Source: Spironucleus salmonicida (Eukaryota). From it: DNA of 64,000 nt. The position numbers and the translations under genes are program-made. Position 1 is the stretch's first letter; each line of letters starts with the position of its first letter. Below the pieces are notes generated by a model. That model did no database searches and was not told the DNA's origin. It worked only from the letters and a program-made list of their open reading frames with translations. Shown here piece after piece: positions 12,864 to 26,096 of this stretch. The stretch is taken from positions 930,001 to 994,000 of the forward strand of contig NC_090601.1 in NCBI RefSeq assembly GCF_000497125.1. Reading direction: 5' to 3'.

Positions 12864-15800
12864 ATGACAGATGCATACCGAATTGTTTTCCACTGCCTCG
12901 ATCAGAACTAGAAGCTCTTAGCAGAGCAGGTCACTTTCTCATTCATCGGGACCTGGTTCGGCATTGACCCCACCAGTAACTTGGTCCATTACCTGAAAAT
13001 AACGATTGATACTGTTGAAGCCCTCAGCCTCCTGCACCTCTTCCTGTGGCAACACAGGCAAGGACTGATGCTCAGAAGCAACATCCAGCTGATCATAATA
13101 TAAGATGAACTGGAAGCATCCAACACTGCAGTCACCGAGTACTGGCGGAACTTGGCTTCGCTGTCTCTGCAAATGGGATTCTCAACGGTGTCGTTTATTA
13201 GCTATTCTGATATCGGCTACTATAAGCCAACCAACTAAATAATAATAGTCTCCTAGCTCCTCAGAATCGACACTCAGTAGCTCGATACCATGGCGGGATT
13301 GAGCCAGTTCAGGTTTGACGGTAAAATGTCGACTCTCATGAAATCCATTGTGCTGCAGAGAATTGGTCTCACTGTGCATGAAGAGAGGAAGTATGCGCAT
13401 CTCCTACCTATGATACTGGGGTACAGTGCTTACTTGATTTATGAAGAAATGGAAAAATAAGGTGTAATATAGCGTTATGTGACTGCATAAGTTGATGCTA
13501 TTTATGAAGTATCTTATTCGCAATAAGTATACACGGATTTAATTATCCCCGACTCTTTTAAAAATTTCTTTGAGCTTCCAGTGCATTTATTAAAAATATT
13601 TGGATTTGATGATACCAACAAGTTCATCTTCCAGCAAATGTGCGACGTGTCGTACCTGTTCAAGGCGCAGTACTTTGCGGTGTTCTCGGCCTTCTTCCCC
13701 CTCGATAATGCGGTTCTGAGCCAGAGCTCGAGGAGCGGGAAAACCGTCACCCTGCACACCATCTTCTACTTCAACCTGTTCTCAGGGATAAAAATTCCCA
13801 TATTGATTAACACAGGATTTACAAAAGATTCGCGTGAGCTGGAAACGCAGCCGCTATACGATAGAACTTCTATCGAGATTGGTGAAGGCATAAGAGCTCT
13901 ATTTTGCGAGTATCAAAGTAAAACTGACCTTGGAGACGTTATTAGTAGTAATTTGAAAGATGGAGTTGAATATTCTAAAACGATGGCCTATGTCAAAGCA
14001 GAGTGTTTCAACCTAATCAAAACATATGATATGCATACTGCCTAATAATAACTTAAGGGTGCGTTTGAGTTGTATTTGTAGGGTACGTCAGTATTTTGTG
14101 AGTTTTCTGTGACCGGCCTGCTTGATTTTTTTAAATTTGATCAGAACAAGTAATTAGAATAAACTACAAAATTCTTAAATGATGAAATTTAGGCGTCTGC
14201 AAATAAATTAAAAGCAGCTAAAAAAATAATAGGTACACTAAATTAGGAAGACAGCATACAAAACTAGAAAGACGTTATTAGAGCTATAGAGTAATAAATT
14301 GAGCTATTGAAGTAGCGTAAAGCCTCTTATAGAGCATACAAAACTCAGCCCCGGTCAATTAGTGTTTAATCGTATAACTCCAATAAGGAAGTCATTCTCT
14401 TAGTCGATGAGTGTTTATCCTAGCAGAAAGCCAGCTACGCATTGTGCACCAGCGCGCTAGTGGGAATAACAGATTAATTCGTTGTCAAATTTATGGAAAA
14501 GGCAAAATCGAGCATTGATGAAATACTTAACAAAATAGATGATATATCAGTTAATTATCTCATATAATTATTAGACTGGTTATAAATTCGTTAAAATGGT
14601 TTGATAGTAAGGAAAATTGATTACTATGACACTCCTTAATACTTAGAATATGCAAAGAAAAAACTAGAATCAATTCTTCTTGATCCTACAGAGATTGAAC
14701 GATACTTCCTGACGCTAATACCATCTGAACTATTCAAAAACTGTAAAGCCTATAAAATTATTGATCTAATGGGCATTTCGTCACCCAATTTTATCAACCT
14801 TAGATAGCCATAAATAGTAAGGGAGTAATTCTAGGAAATGATGTTAGATGCTAGAAAATTAAGTACGCTGGAAGTATTCAGAGAGAAAATCTACTAGTTC
14901 CTCCTTATGATGTACAACCCGCGTGGGGTCGAGACGATATTCTGGCTTAATGTTTCTTATTTTATCAATTAACACAATAGAACTACCAGCTTGAATACAC
15001 CAATTGATGTTACATATAAATTAAACGAATATTTTAGGGAATAGTTTGATACAGAAAACCAGTATACAGATTTCTTCAAAAATACATATGATGTTAAGAT
15101 AACATTCCCTTAAAAGAATGTTTACGAAGAAGTACCCTTTACCTCGAAGAATACCGTTCACCTACTGACCGCTGGAACGGATATATCGATTGTAAACTTC
15201 ATTGGATACAATTAATCTCACTACACTTCTTACAATAGTAGAGGTAGTAACATATTTACAGAATCTAATATACTGGGCACCTCCTAAATGCACTCCTCCT
15301 GCTTGACTTAACGCTACTACCAAGGTATGCAAATTGCAGCCCTCACTGACGATTCTATGATCCAATACGTAAAGAAGCAGGTATAGGGTATGGACATCAA
15401 GGATTTCTACCTTACGACGGTACCGGAGCTAGCCGCAGAGCTGCAGTTCCTATGTCCCTTGGTGTGCCCATAGATAATTATTAATGAGGGTGCAAATGCG
15501 TACTTTTTTAATTCTACACAATAATTCGAGCTAACTATTAATTCAAAGTCTATTCCTTTGCATTAGATTTCTTCTCATATGCAAATTCACAATTCATTGT
15601 TCATAATGAGGGATGAGGAATTAGTCGGAGTTAACTAGCGCATAAATTAGAAACGCAAATAGGTACTGTTTGAGCCGTAGGAAGGTGAAAATTTTAACAA
15701 ATATTTACATCTCACCTCATCCTCAACGCTGAATCGAGATGTGGTGTTCGTATTACATTTCTTAGCAAGCTAGAGGTTTCTAGATACGCTTACCATGCTA

Positions 15801-18464
15801 AATGGAGAATCAGATTAAGCCTAACTTAGCCAGTTATGCACTACAGGCTAAATCGAGGGTTTGCTTAAGTAGCAGCAGATATCAGAGATATCATCCGCAA
15901 TAATCCTTGTTATATCCTTGTGCAGATAGTACCCTACTCATATGAGTGGGCTAACTAAACTTTTTAAATAGGTTATCACGTATTCACAGTATCTGGAAAT
16001 TTATATGAATCCACTGTAGGTCTAATAGAATAATATCCCCACGCTGAAAGAAATTTATGCACAGTTTTAGTCGCTTTTTAAAGGTGCATTTTTCATGTTT
16101 TTACAAAAATCTTTTGACAAATACTGGCACTGCACTACGCCAGACATAAATATATAAGTTGGTGAAGCTATTCAGAACGCCAGCGTTTGCTATGTAAAGC
16201 TAAAACAACTAGGTCTACTATAGGAGGATGAGAAACTTGCGATCGTAACAATTACTGATAAAACTTGCATTTTGAATCTATTTGTTGATACATCTCCGCT
16301 GATGCCGGATTATCTAATTTCACTATTCGGGGTGGAGGATACAATAAGAGATTTGTTTTCTAACAAAAGCATGCTATCAATTTAGGCCCATGAAGTTGAA
16401 GGAAAGAAAATTTCAAGCATTAACCTGTTGATGGATTCCGGAAACCATACTGGGGAAGAACTGTTTGAAAAATAAAAAGATACTGGGATTGCAACATGTT
16501 TACATGTAACAAATAAATACCAGCAAAACTTCAATCAGATTTGCCTGCACCACTAGGTGAGTCCATAATATGAAGCAAGAACGGAAAAAGTAGAAGCATA
16601 CTAAGCACAGAAAGAGGCGGAGGTTTTAAGTGAAGTAAAAGCCAAAGTAGAATAGCTGAATAATGATGTAGCCCAAGCAAATGACAAAGTAGTATAGCTG
16701 AAGAACGAAGTAGACGAAGCGGAAGCAGAACTAACTACAGCCAAAGCCAAAGTCAACCAAGCGGAAGCAGAACTAACTACAGCTAAATTAAACACAAGCA
16801 AACCAAATATAGATGCTAAAAATATAGTTATTTAGTACGAAAAACGGTAAGAATACGCAATGTTAAATGCAGTGTAAGAGATTGAAAAAGCAGAAAAAGC
16901 ATTACTATATGCATAATATGCATCAGTTTCTCCAAGAAAATAGTTTAATATTGAATAGGCAGAGATATAGTTATAATAAGCAAAAGATTGGTAATAAACA
17001 CTAACAGAAAATACTAATGAAGATAATGATATTGCAAAAGCTGCCATAAAAGCGTAAGCTGAATTTGAACTGTTATAAGCCAAGTATGATAGTATTGTTC
17101 GTTTAGAAGCAATAAAACATCTAGCAGAAAGGCTAATAAATGCAAATTAATAAATTGAATTATTAACGTAGAATTAAACAGAAGCTACGAATATGACCGC
17201 GACTGTGAAATAACGGGTTGAAGACGCTTAAACAGATTTAACATCCAAATAAATTATATCAAAAGAACGCGAAGGTTCTGTAAATGCCGCCATGAATACA
17301 CTGAACATATTAAAAGAAATATTGAAGAAGGAAAAGGAACTGTAATCTACGACACAGGAAAAAACTACATTATTAATAGAACAGGCTAGTAAAGAATTTG
17401 AATAGGTATAAGAAAACGCTAAGTAGCCAACAGCTGACACATTAGTTGCTACATAAAAACATTAAAGTGCAGTGGCATATTAGAGTTTTGTTGATAAAAT
17501 GCTAACATGTATAAAAGGTGAGTTACTATTAGGAGAGAAATCATAAAAGGATGTACAAATCTAAATAGGGAAACAATCAACTTAAGACTAAGTTGAAATT
17601 TAAGATTACATGGATCTATGGAACTAGGCGATAGGATTGTAAACACCAACTAACGAATCTGAAACAAGTTAGGAAGACGTAGGACTATCGGTACTAGACT
17701 AGTAACTTGCGTTTGATATGCTCGAATTATGTTAGCTATTTGATTAATTATCTTAAAGTTAGTTGGCAAAAGAATCGAAATTCTAATAGTAAATTGTAAC
17801 CGCATCAAAATATGCGGTGCTATCCGTACCACTACTAACAGAATAATATAACTAAGTCAATGACCGCAAAGTATTATAATAACCTGGCGGTGCAACTCCG
17901 AATTAGGTAAAAGTAATGTCAAAGGAAGAGATTTAGGAATTGCAAAATCTAATATCAGAATGGTGCACTAACGTTCTAGAGAAAGGATAATAAGCAGAAA
18001 TCGAGATTATTGATGTTAACACTTACTGGAACAATCTGTTCGGATTGCCATAAATCATAGTTCATTTTGGGTTTAAAGTGTTATTAGGAAAGATCAAATA
18101 ATTACTATAGTAATTAAAAGTGTAGTAAAAGATTTAAGATAAGAACACGATATCACCTTACGGAACAAAAAACACAACTGTACTTGATTACTTATAAGAA
18201 TTAAAAGAAAAAGAATAGTAGTAGGAAAGCAAATAGTTATTCAATGATAAATTTTTCCGTCTTGACATTTTCTACTTTGTGAACTGTAAACGCAACAATA
18301 CGTCTTCTATGTTTTGCATAGATTATCTAAGAAATATAGAAAATTAGACTGTTAAGAAGATTATCTAATAAATAGATTTAATATATGATTAGCAGAATAA
18401 AGAAGAGCCTGCTAAATAATAAATAGAGGTTTTATCGTAAGATGATGTTGAAAAATTTCTCTGA
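12864..18464 (+). CDS. Giant P-loop NTPase / putative SF2 helicase-Z1-like protein with C-terminal coiled coil, copy B (~1866 aa)
   Basis: Single frame open from ATG 12864 (preceded by TTCCACCAA) to TGA 18462-18464 with TAA/TAG=Gln. Walker A-like SSRSGKT at 13725-13745, Walker B VILLVDE at 14391-14411, coiled coil ~16570-17450. Confidence 0.85.
13611..15637. repeat. Right arm of the ~2 kb near-identical inverted repeat
   Basis: Reverse complement of ~400..2426. Confidence 0.95.
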
Positions 18465-20722
18465 CCTCTATGTCATATTTGACATAACCTTAGAAGCATT
18501 TGTAGCTATATTCCCATAATAACTCATGCTAGAGCTTGGAAAAATCTGTCATTCTTATACAAAATAAAACAATTCAACCTGGAAACTGTGTTCATTAAGG
18601 CAATGCTTCCAATTACAGCTGTAAAAATGACTAATATCACATTAACTAAGTAGTCTAATAAAATACTCCTAACTCTCCTTAAATTTACATATTCGCCATA
18701 ATTTCGTTAACTTGGTAACTTCTACTCACCGTTCAACTCCACAACTGAACCCATTCAGAATAGCCATATCCTGCGGATGTCAACCCCAAAACTTCACATT
18801 TACGTTTTCGCTCTAAATCATGCAAAAATCAAATTCCTATTTCGTTGGATCAGATATAACATATACGTTATATCACAATTAAATTACCATTAAATAAACT
18901 ATACATAATAAACACATTCCTAATTTTTGTCTACAACATCTTTTCACACCCGCTACCGCAAAAATCACTAATTTTCTATACGCTACCTTACTGCAATAAA
19001 GTAATTTTTTCACCTTTATATCAGCACGAAATTCTATGAAACCTGCACCCTAAAAATGCTAAAACGAAGCTTTTGCGCCCTGCTAGCTATTAGAATTTGA
19101 TGGATTTTGCAGTTTTGAAGCGAAAATTTGCGCTAAAAACGTCATTCCGAAAGGCGGAAAAATGACCTTTTTGACCTTTTTAAGGTCCTTAAAACGCCAA
19201 AAAACGAGCCGCTCAATTCGTTTGTAGCGCTCAAAATCGTGCTGTTCGCCGTTAAAAAATGCGCCGTTGAAGTGAAAAATTGGAGTGAAAAATTTGTGGT
19301 TCTACCGTAGAAAGTCACGGAAATTTGGAAGGTTATTATAGTTAGTATTATATGCTGATATAAGCCGTTGAGGGAGTTGGTAGAATTTCGATAGGATAGG
19401 CTGAAATTAGCAGGTTTTGCGGGGCGGTCTGAGAGTGAATAAGGGGGTATAGGGTTGCATGGAGGGCTGAATGCGGTTTATTGGGGTTAAAATTGGTTAA
19501 AATGATCGTATTTAAATCAATTTATTATGAGGTATTTTAGCAGCAATTTAATGGTTTAGGCATGTTATGATATAATTGAGGAAAGTTTATAGTGTTTTGA
19601 GGGAGTGTGAATGGGCAGAGGACAAATGGCTGGAATGGAATCATTGCATTAAGTTGGTACAGATATTTGTAGAAGAGAGCTGTTGATCTGCTGGATTTAG
19701 TATTTAACTATTAGATTTATTGGTGTAATAAGTAGAATTGTAGATTTGTCCTGAATGTGTATTATTCGCAGTGGACATTTTATGACCAATTATATATAAA
19801 ATTATTATTATATAGTATAATATTAAGTAATTATATGCAAAAAGGAGCGTTGTTTTCATAATAATTAAAACAAAGTGTTATTATAATTATTAAGTATATA
19901 TTAGATACCTAAGGTAATTGCTTTAATAATGATAACTAATTTTAGTTTCAATGAGATAAAGTTAACTTTAACGGTTGTTTATACATAATGAAGCGTTCAA
20001 AATTTAAAGTATTACTAATTTTACATTAATTTATATACTTTATTTTCATAATTTATAATGAAATATATTAATATAAATTATAATATTTTAAGTAAGTATC
20101 AGTTATACTTATTCGGTATTTATTAGTATTATATGTTAGTTATATATACTATCAAAAATGATTGATATACTATAATATATTATATTATCTATGTCTAATG
20201 TTTCAAAAATTTATCAATTATTTAGCTAGTTAAAAATATCAATTTCTACTCATTTAATTCGAAATATATATGTTTTTATAGAATTATATTCAATTATTGA
20301 AAATAGATGTTAACCTTTAATTATTAACGTATATAAAAAAAGAGGAAATCGAATAATTCATTAATATAACTATTATCTATTGATATTAAATTATTTATTT
20401 TACCTGAAATTAGTTTTTACAATAATAATATACTGTTAATACTCCAAAGTACTTTCGAAACTTTAATTTAATATTTATTACTTGCTTTGCATTTACCTAA
20501 ATATTTATTTTTGTATTTTTTCAAATTTCCCCATAACAGTCTTATTAGGAATAAATCGTTAAATCTCCTATTTTATTTTGTTGCTTTCACAAGTATATGA
20601 ATCATTATGTCCCTATATTAATATTTAAAAAAATATTTTTACCTAGTTTTTGCTTTCTCTAATAACTTTAACTATGGATAACTTTTAAATTTACAAAAAC
20701 AAATCTTCAACTTCGTTCTAAA

Positions 20723-23233
20723 ATGACGTAAGTAATATGTCCCACTAAAGCCTGTCCAATTTCTACCGTCTGCCCTAGCAAAACCCCCAGCAATGGAAGC
20801 AAGTTCTGTTAGAACTGCTCTGTGTACAACTGTGCATCTTGTAGTTAGTATAATATTGGTATTTGTCATTCTTGTAGATAAGGTTATAGTCGTTCTAGTA
20901 ATGGCTGTCGCAAATGTGTAGAAGGCTGTTAAGAGTGCGAAGACTAATACTGTTTAAAATGCCTCCCTGGCTATAGAAAGATTAATCAATTATGTGTAAA
21001 ATGCAAACAGCATTGCAATCAATGCAATAATAAAGATGAATGCCTTGCATGTGAGTAAGGTTATATACTTGATAAATAAAATTGTGTGTATTGTGGGCTG
21101 GGCTGTAAATCTTGCTCTGGCATTTCCTAATGCTAAACCTGTTAAGACGGTTTCCGTTTCTAAAATTAGTAGTGCATCAAGTGCGCTGATGGATGCAAAA
21201 TATGTAGTACTTCTGCAACTTGTAGCTAATGCTAACCTTCGTTTATGCTGCAAGGAAATGCTTGCAATCCCTGCCCTGTGAACTGCTTGAACTGCTCATC
21301 GACAACAACATGTACTACGTGTTAAGATAACAGCATTTTGGCTGCCGGTAGCTGCAAAAAATGCTAGGAAAACTGTCTGGCTTGCGCATCAGACTCTGTG
21401 TGCGGAATTTGTCGCGAGGGTTTCATTTTGTAAAACGAGAAATGCCTTATAATGGAGTGTGACGCTAAATTACCTTGCCACACCGACCAGAAGTGCGTGA
21501 AAGACGAAACTGGCAACAGGTGCGTTTAGACGCCACAATACTGCGAGACTGTTAACAAAAAAGGACTATGTGAAAAGTGTCTGTTACCATTCATTGCAGT
21601 AGATGGCTACTGTAAAAATTGTGCTTTGGGATGTGATACTTGTATTTCTGACAAGCTTTGTGCCAAATGCAAACCTTTCTTTTTTCTGAACTCTTAAAAA
21701 GAATGCTAAGTATGTCATTCCAGCTGCGCAATATGTACTAGTGTAGATAATTGCACATAGTGTGTAGGTTCACACGTACTATACTAAAATAAGTGCTACA
21801 TGAAAGGTGACAATCAGTGCAACGACAAAACATTGTGTGACGCTAAAGAATTCTGCAAACTACAAACATGGGGCAACCAGTGTAGAAGCTGCCTAGCTAA
21901 CTGTCAAACCTGTAAAGACGCTACCACGTGCGATCTATGTGTGGAGGGATATTACTTCGAGAATGGCAAGTGCAATCTGTGCCCAAGCTAGTGCAAGACC
22001 TGCGAAAATAAAGATTCATGCTCGAGCTGCAACGATGGAATGTACATTTCAGGCACCAAATCGTGCATAGAATAGCTGTGCACGGTTTCCAAACCCTGTG
22101 TAGACGGCCAGTTTTGCTAAATTATCGATAGTGGAAATCAATGCACCAAATGCCATGAATCGTGCAAGACCTGTTCTGATTCAACCACCTGCGATTCATG
22201 TAAGGATGGACTCGATCTATCAGACTCTAAAAAATGCGTTGAGAATTAATGCTCTGAAAAAGTTTAATGCCAGAAAAGTCATTTCTGCCAGAATCTTGTA
22301 ACCGGTAACATCTGTAAAAATTGCTCTGAAAACTGCTTAAGCTGTACAGATTCGAACACCTGCACATCATGTAATTCAGCCTTTTACCTGAATTCCAAAG
22401 TGTGCAAAAAGTGCCCACAATTTTGCATGGAATGCTCGCCGAACGGAACCTGTACCAAATGTTAGCAGAACTCGCGACTTTCAAGTACTGCTTAATGCGT
22501 TGCAGATGCCTGCAATAACTCATAAAAATGCACAGAAGGCGAGTTTTGTACTCTCTAGGACGCGGGAAATATTTGCACCAAATGCCATGCCTCGTGCAAG
22601 ACTTGTTCTGATTCAATTACCTGCGATTCATGTCAGGATGGTCTCGATCTCTCTACCTCTAAAAAGTGTGTTAATAATTAATGCTCCAAAAATCTCTAAT
22701 GCCAGAAAAATTATTTCTGCCAGAAACTTGAAACTGGAAATCTGTGTCAGGCATGCCCTAAAAATTGTGAAACGTGCACCGAGGCTAATACATGTTCTGG
22801 ATGCGCAGAAAACTATTTTCTAAATGTTTCAGAAATCTGCGCTGAAGTGGTTTGTTCTGCCAGCAAACCGTGTAAAGAATAAGAATTTTGCTTCTCTAGC
22901 ACTTCTGGAAACGAGTGCAAAGTGTGTCCTGAGAACTGCAAATCATGCGATAGTTCAGGCGAGTGTAATACGTGCATGGAGACCTTTTCGGTCAATAGAG
23001 GACGGTGCTTGAACGCCGCTGTACCGATTGGCGTGGGGGCGATAGTTGGGATTCTTGTAGGGGTGCTTCTGGTGGTAAGCGTTCTAGCAGGGCTGGGAGT
23101 TTACTACTCCATACTTAAGAAAAAGAAAGCGAACGCAACCGTTTTGGAGCAAGACAACGTGCAGCTGGCGACGGTGCCCGTGTATGATGGGATGGGTAAC
23201 GGCGGTACGCTGGTTAAGTAAGGTTTTGTCTGA
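20723..23233 (+). CDS. Cysteine-rich membrane protein (CXXC repeats; VSP/HCMP/CRMP-like surface protein)
   Basis: Dozens of CXXC motifs in one frame, a C-terminal TM helix (VGAIVGILVGVLLVVSVLAGLGVYY) followed by KKKK, TGA at 23231. Start uncertain (in-frame ATG also at 20597). Confidence 0.9.
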
Positions 23234-25398
23234 GTGGAAAATCCTGTAGGGGGAATAGGAGGAAAAATAGGAATTGGAAACTATGAGAGTCTAGGGTTGG
23301 GATATCGGAAATATGATGTAATAATTAGATATGTTATTGTTAAAGTAATTAACATGGTAAATTCCACCTCAATCTATGCAGTTAGCAAATGTAATTTAGA
23401 TAGTATTTAATATAAACTCTTAATTATTTATTTACAATTTCCAAACTGAAAAAGAGATTCATTCATTAAGCATAAACGATTTGAGAGTAAACATGAATAA
23501 TTGTACGTTTTTGAACGGTCACTACGTATAGTGTATAAAAGAAAATATTTTTAACAACTTAATAATAGCTAATTTTATTTATAAAGAATATTGAGATATT
23601 CAAAAGTAGTAAGTAAACCAACTAAAATATCTAAAAAGCGAGTAATCCAAGTTCAATTCATTCATTGGAATTATTAAAATAAAGTTCCGTAAATTGAAAT
23701 CATCTCCCCAGGCTTTTATGCATTTTACTTGGTTTACTTATTACTATAAAACATAATGAGTATATCTATGTTATTAAATTAAAATAGTTATTGCAAAGCG
23801 TCTTTAGATGTCAGCTGGTTGTAAGAAAATTAATTGTAGCAATGGTAATGAAACTATTCTCCCTATACATTCTGAACATTTAAATTTTCATTTGAAATTA
23901 GATATTATATTATATATTTGAATTATCTGGTAAATAAATAAATGTAACTGTAATATTTAGAAGTACTTGATAAAGCAATAAAAGCTATGGAAAAAAATTT
24001 GAAAAAAATAACACAATGTTACAAAAATTAAAATAACTGAACGGTAATCTTTAGTTCCTTAATACTTATTTACTTAAATAACAAACAAAAAAAATATAAA
24101 AAATTAAAACAAAAAAAATAATATGAAAATAAAATATAACTAATTTTAAATTCAACAATAGCAGAGTTAACTTATAGATGATAAAGTATAATAAGCGAAA
24201 TATTAACAAAGAATACTATATGATAGTTTATCAAGAAATAACTTAACTCGAACAGCTTTACCTAATAAGACAACCCGTTAAAATATTAAATTGAGACGTT
24301 AGAGAAATTAAACAGAAGAACACATCACAATTTACTGTAATAATCATTTGATACATTAACACATAAATAGAAATTATCCGAAGCTATTAAATCCTAAAAA
24401 GATAAACACTAATTAATCAATGATAGCGATTATTATATTTAAGAATAATATAATTTAATATATAGAACAAAAAAATATTTAAATATACCAGACACGGCTT
24501 ATAATTACATTAATATTTTATAAGAATTAACTTTGAACTTTAATACAAACTAAGATTTAAAATTAATAACTTATTCCCCAAATACTGGATAAAATATAGA
24601 AAAAAAACTGGTAAACTAATCATTTCAACTTTATTAATATTAGCGGTAGCAGCGAGGTAGCATCCTCAAATTCAATTACAGGCAATTTTAGAGCTTCAAA
24701 ACGTTTGGTAATTTTACAATCACCAGCACGGATTGTAACAGCTACCGATTTTGAGAGCCTATAATTAAAATTAGGGGGTTGCCGACGGTGGCTGGCTAGT
24801 GGGATTTATTATATTTTAAATGCTGCAAATAGAAGATAATAAGCACATTAAAGGGGTGAATATAGGGAAGGATGGCATAGTTGGGTAGCTAGTTAATAAT
24901 ACTTAATATGTAAGTAATGGTTTTGAAAATTTTGTATTTTTTGAAGATTTTATGATTCGCATCTTGAATGATAGAATATTGAGGTTCTTGAGAGCTTAAA
25001 ACGCATGTGCATGTTTTGGGTGATGATGGTTAGCTTCTGACGTATTTAAATATATATTTACTCGCGTTATTTTCGTATTCAGCAGGAAAACCTTGAACCT
25101 AAAACTATGAAACTAAACACACTATAAATCAACATACCGACTGAACTAACAGCTTACTTACACTAGCTTAACCTCTTTAACAAATTTAACTTAAATAATT
25201 TTTTTTCCATTCCCCGAATTATTTACAAAATACTTATTATTATACATTATAATTGATTAATAAAATTTAACTAAAAATTTTATATACTGCATATTAACAT
25301 ATATTATCCTAAATATACTAAAAATATACAATACCCCTAATTTCGCGCTCGCCCAAATTTTTGATTCCTAAAACGTAAAAACCTCACAATAAGCGCCC

Positions 25399-25956
25399 TC
25401 AGACCGCCTCTTTGACACTCTCAATTTCTACTTTTTCTTCTTCCTCGCCCTCGAAAACCTCCTCATCAACGCTCGCCTCGCCCTCCTAAAGGCTCTCCGT
25501 CGCGTGCAAAAACTCCTCGCCGGCGCCTTTCATGAGGTGAATCGCGCGCTCTTTCTGCCATTTCGTGGCCTCAAAAAACGCAAAAATCGGGTACTCCTGC
25601 CTCGACTTTTCGGTGTTTCCCTGCTCCCTGAAGAGCTCCAGACAGGCCAAATGGTAGGCGCTTTTCCACGCGGCGGGAACGTTTCTGAGCGATTTCAAAT
25701 AGGGCTCCGCAACCGTTAATTCGTTGTTCTTTATGCAAAAAATTGCTCTAAAAATCGATTGCAACGGGTCACTTTTGCTGAATTTGAGGCCCAGACCGGC
25801 GTGGCATAAAGCAGTGTAAAACTTCTTTTTCGATTGATTTTTTAGCGATTAGAGGGTTTGCAGTGCTAATTGGAATTAATAGCGCTTAATTTGGCGTTAA
25901 ATGCGCTATTCGTTGTGCTCAGTCTGATTTTTAAAAGTATGCTGCGTGCGAGACAT
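25399..25956 (-). CDS. Hypothetical helical protein with acidic tail (~185 aa)
   Basis: ATG 25956 after a C-rich upstream tract; extends the 25486..25764 ORF in both directions; TGA at 25399. Confidence 0.7.
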
Positions 25957-26096
25957 TTGTTTAGAGCGGAATGGGAGAGGTAAAGTTGAATATAATAATG
26001 TATAATAATGTATATTTGTTAAATTGGAAAGAAAAAGGTAAATTTATGAAATAATATTATTATATCTAGATAATATGAAATATTTTCTAAAAGGAT

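Noticed and set aside
400-15637. Inverted repeats as termini of a DNA transposon or Polinton
   Set aside because: The repeats are internal to two larger homologous ORFs, and the enclosed genes are housekeeping (eIF3i, NEK) with no transposase, integrase or polymerase.
18470-19800. Possible ORFs on either strand downstream of the giant gene
   Set aside because: No frame with a convincing start, stop and composition; left uncalled.
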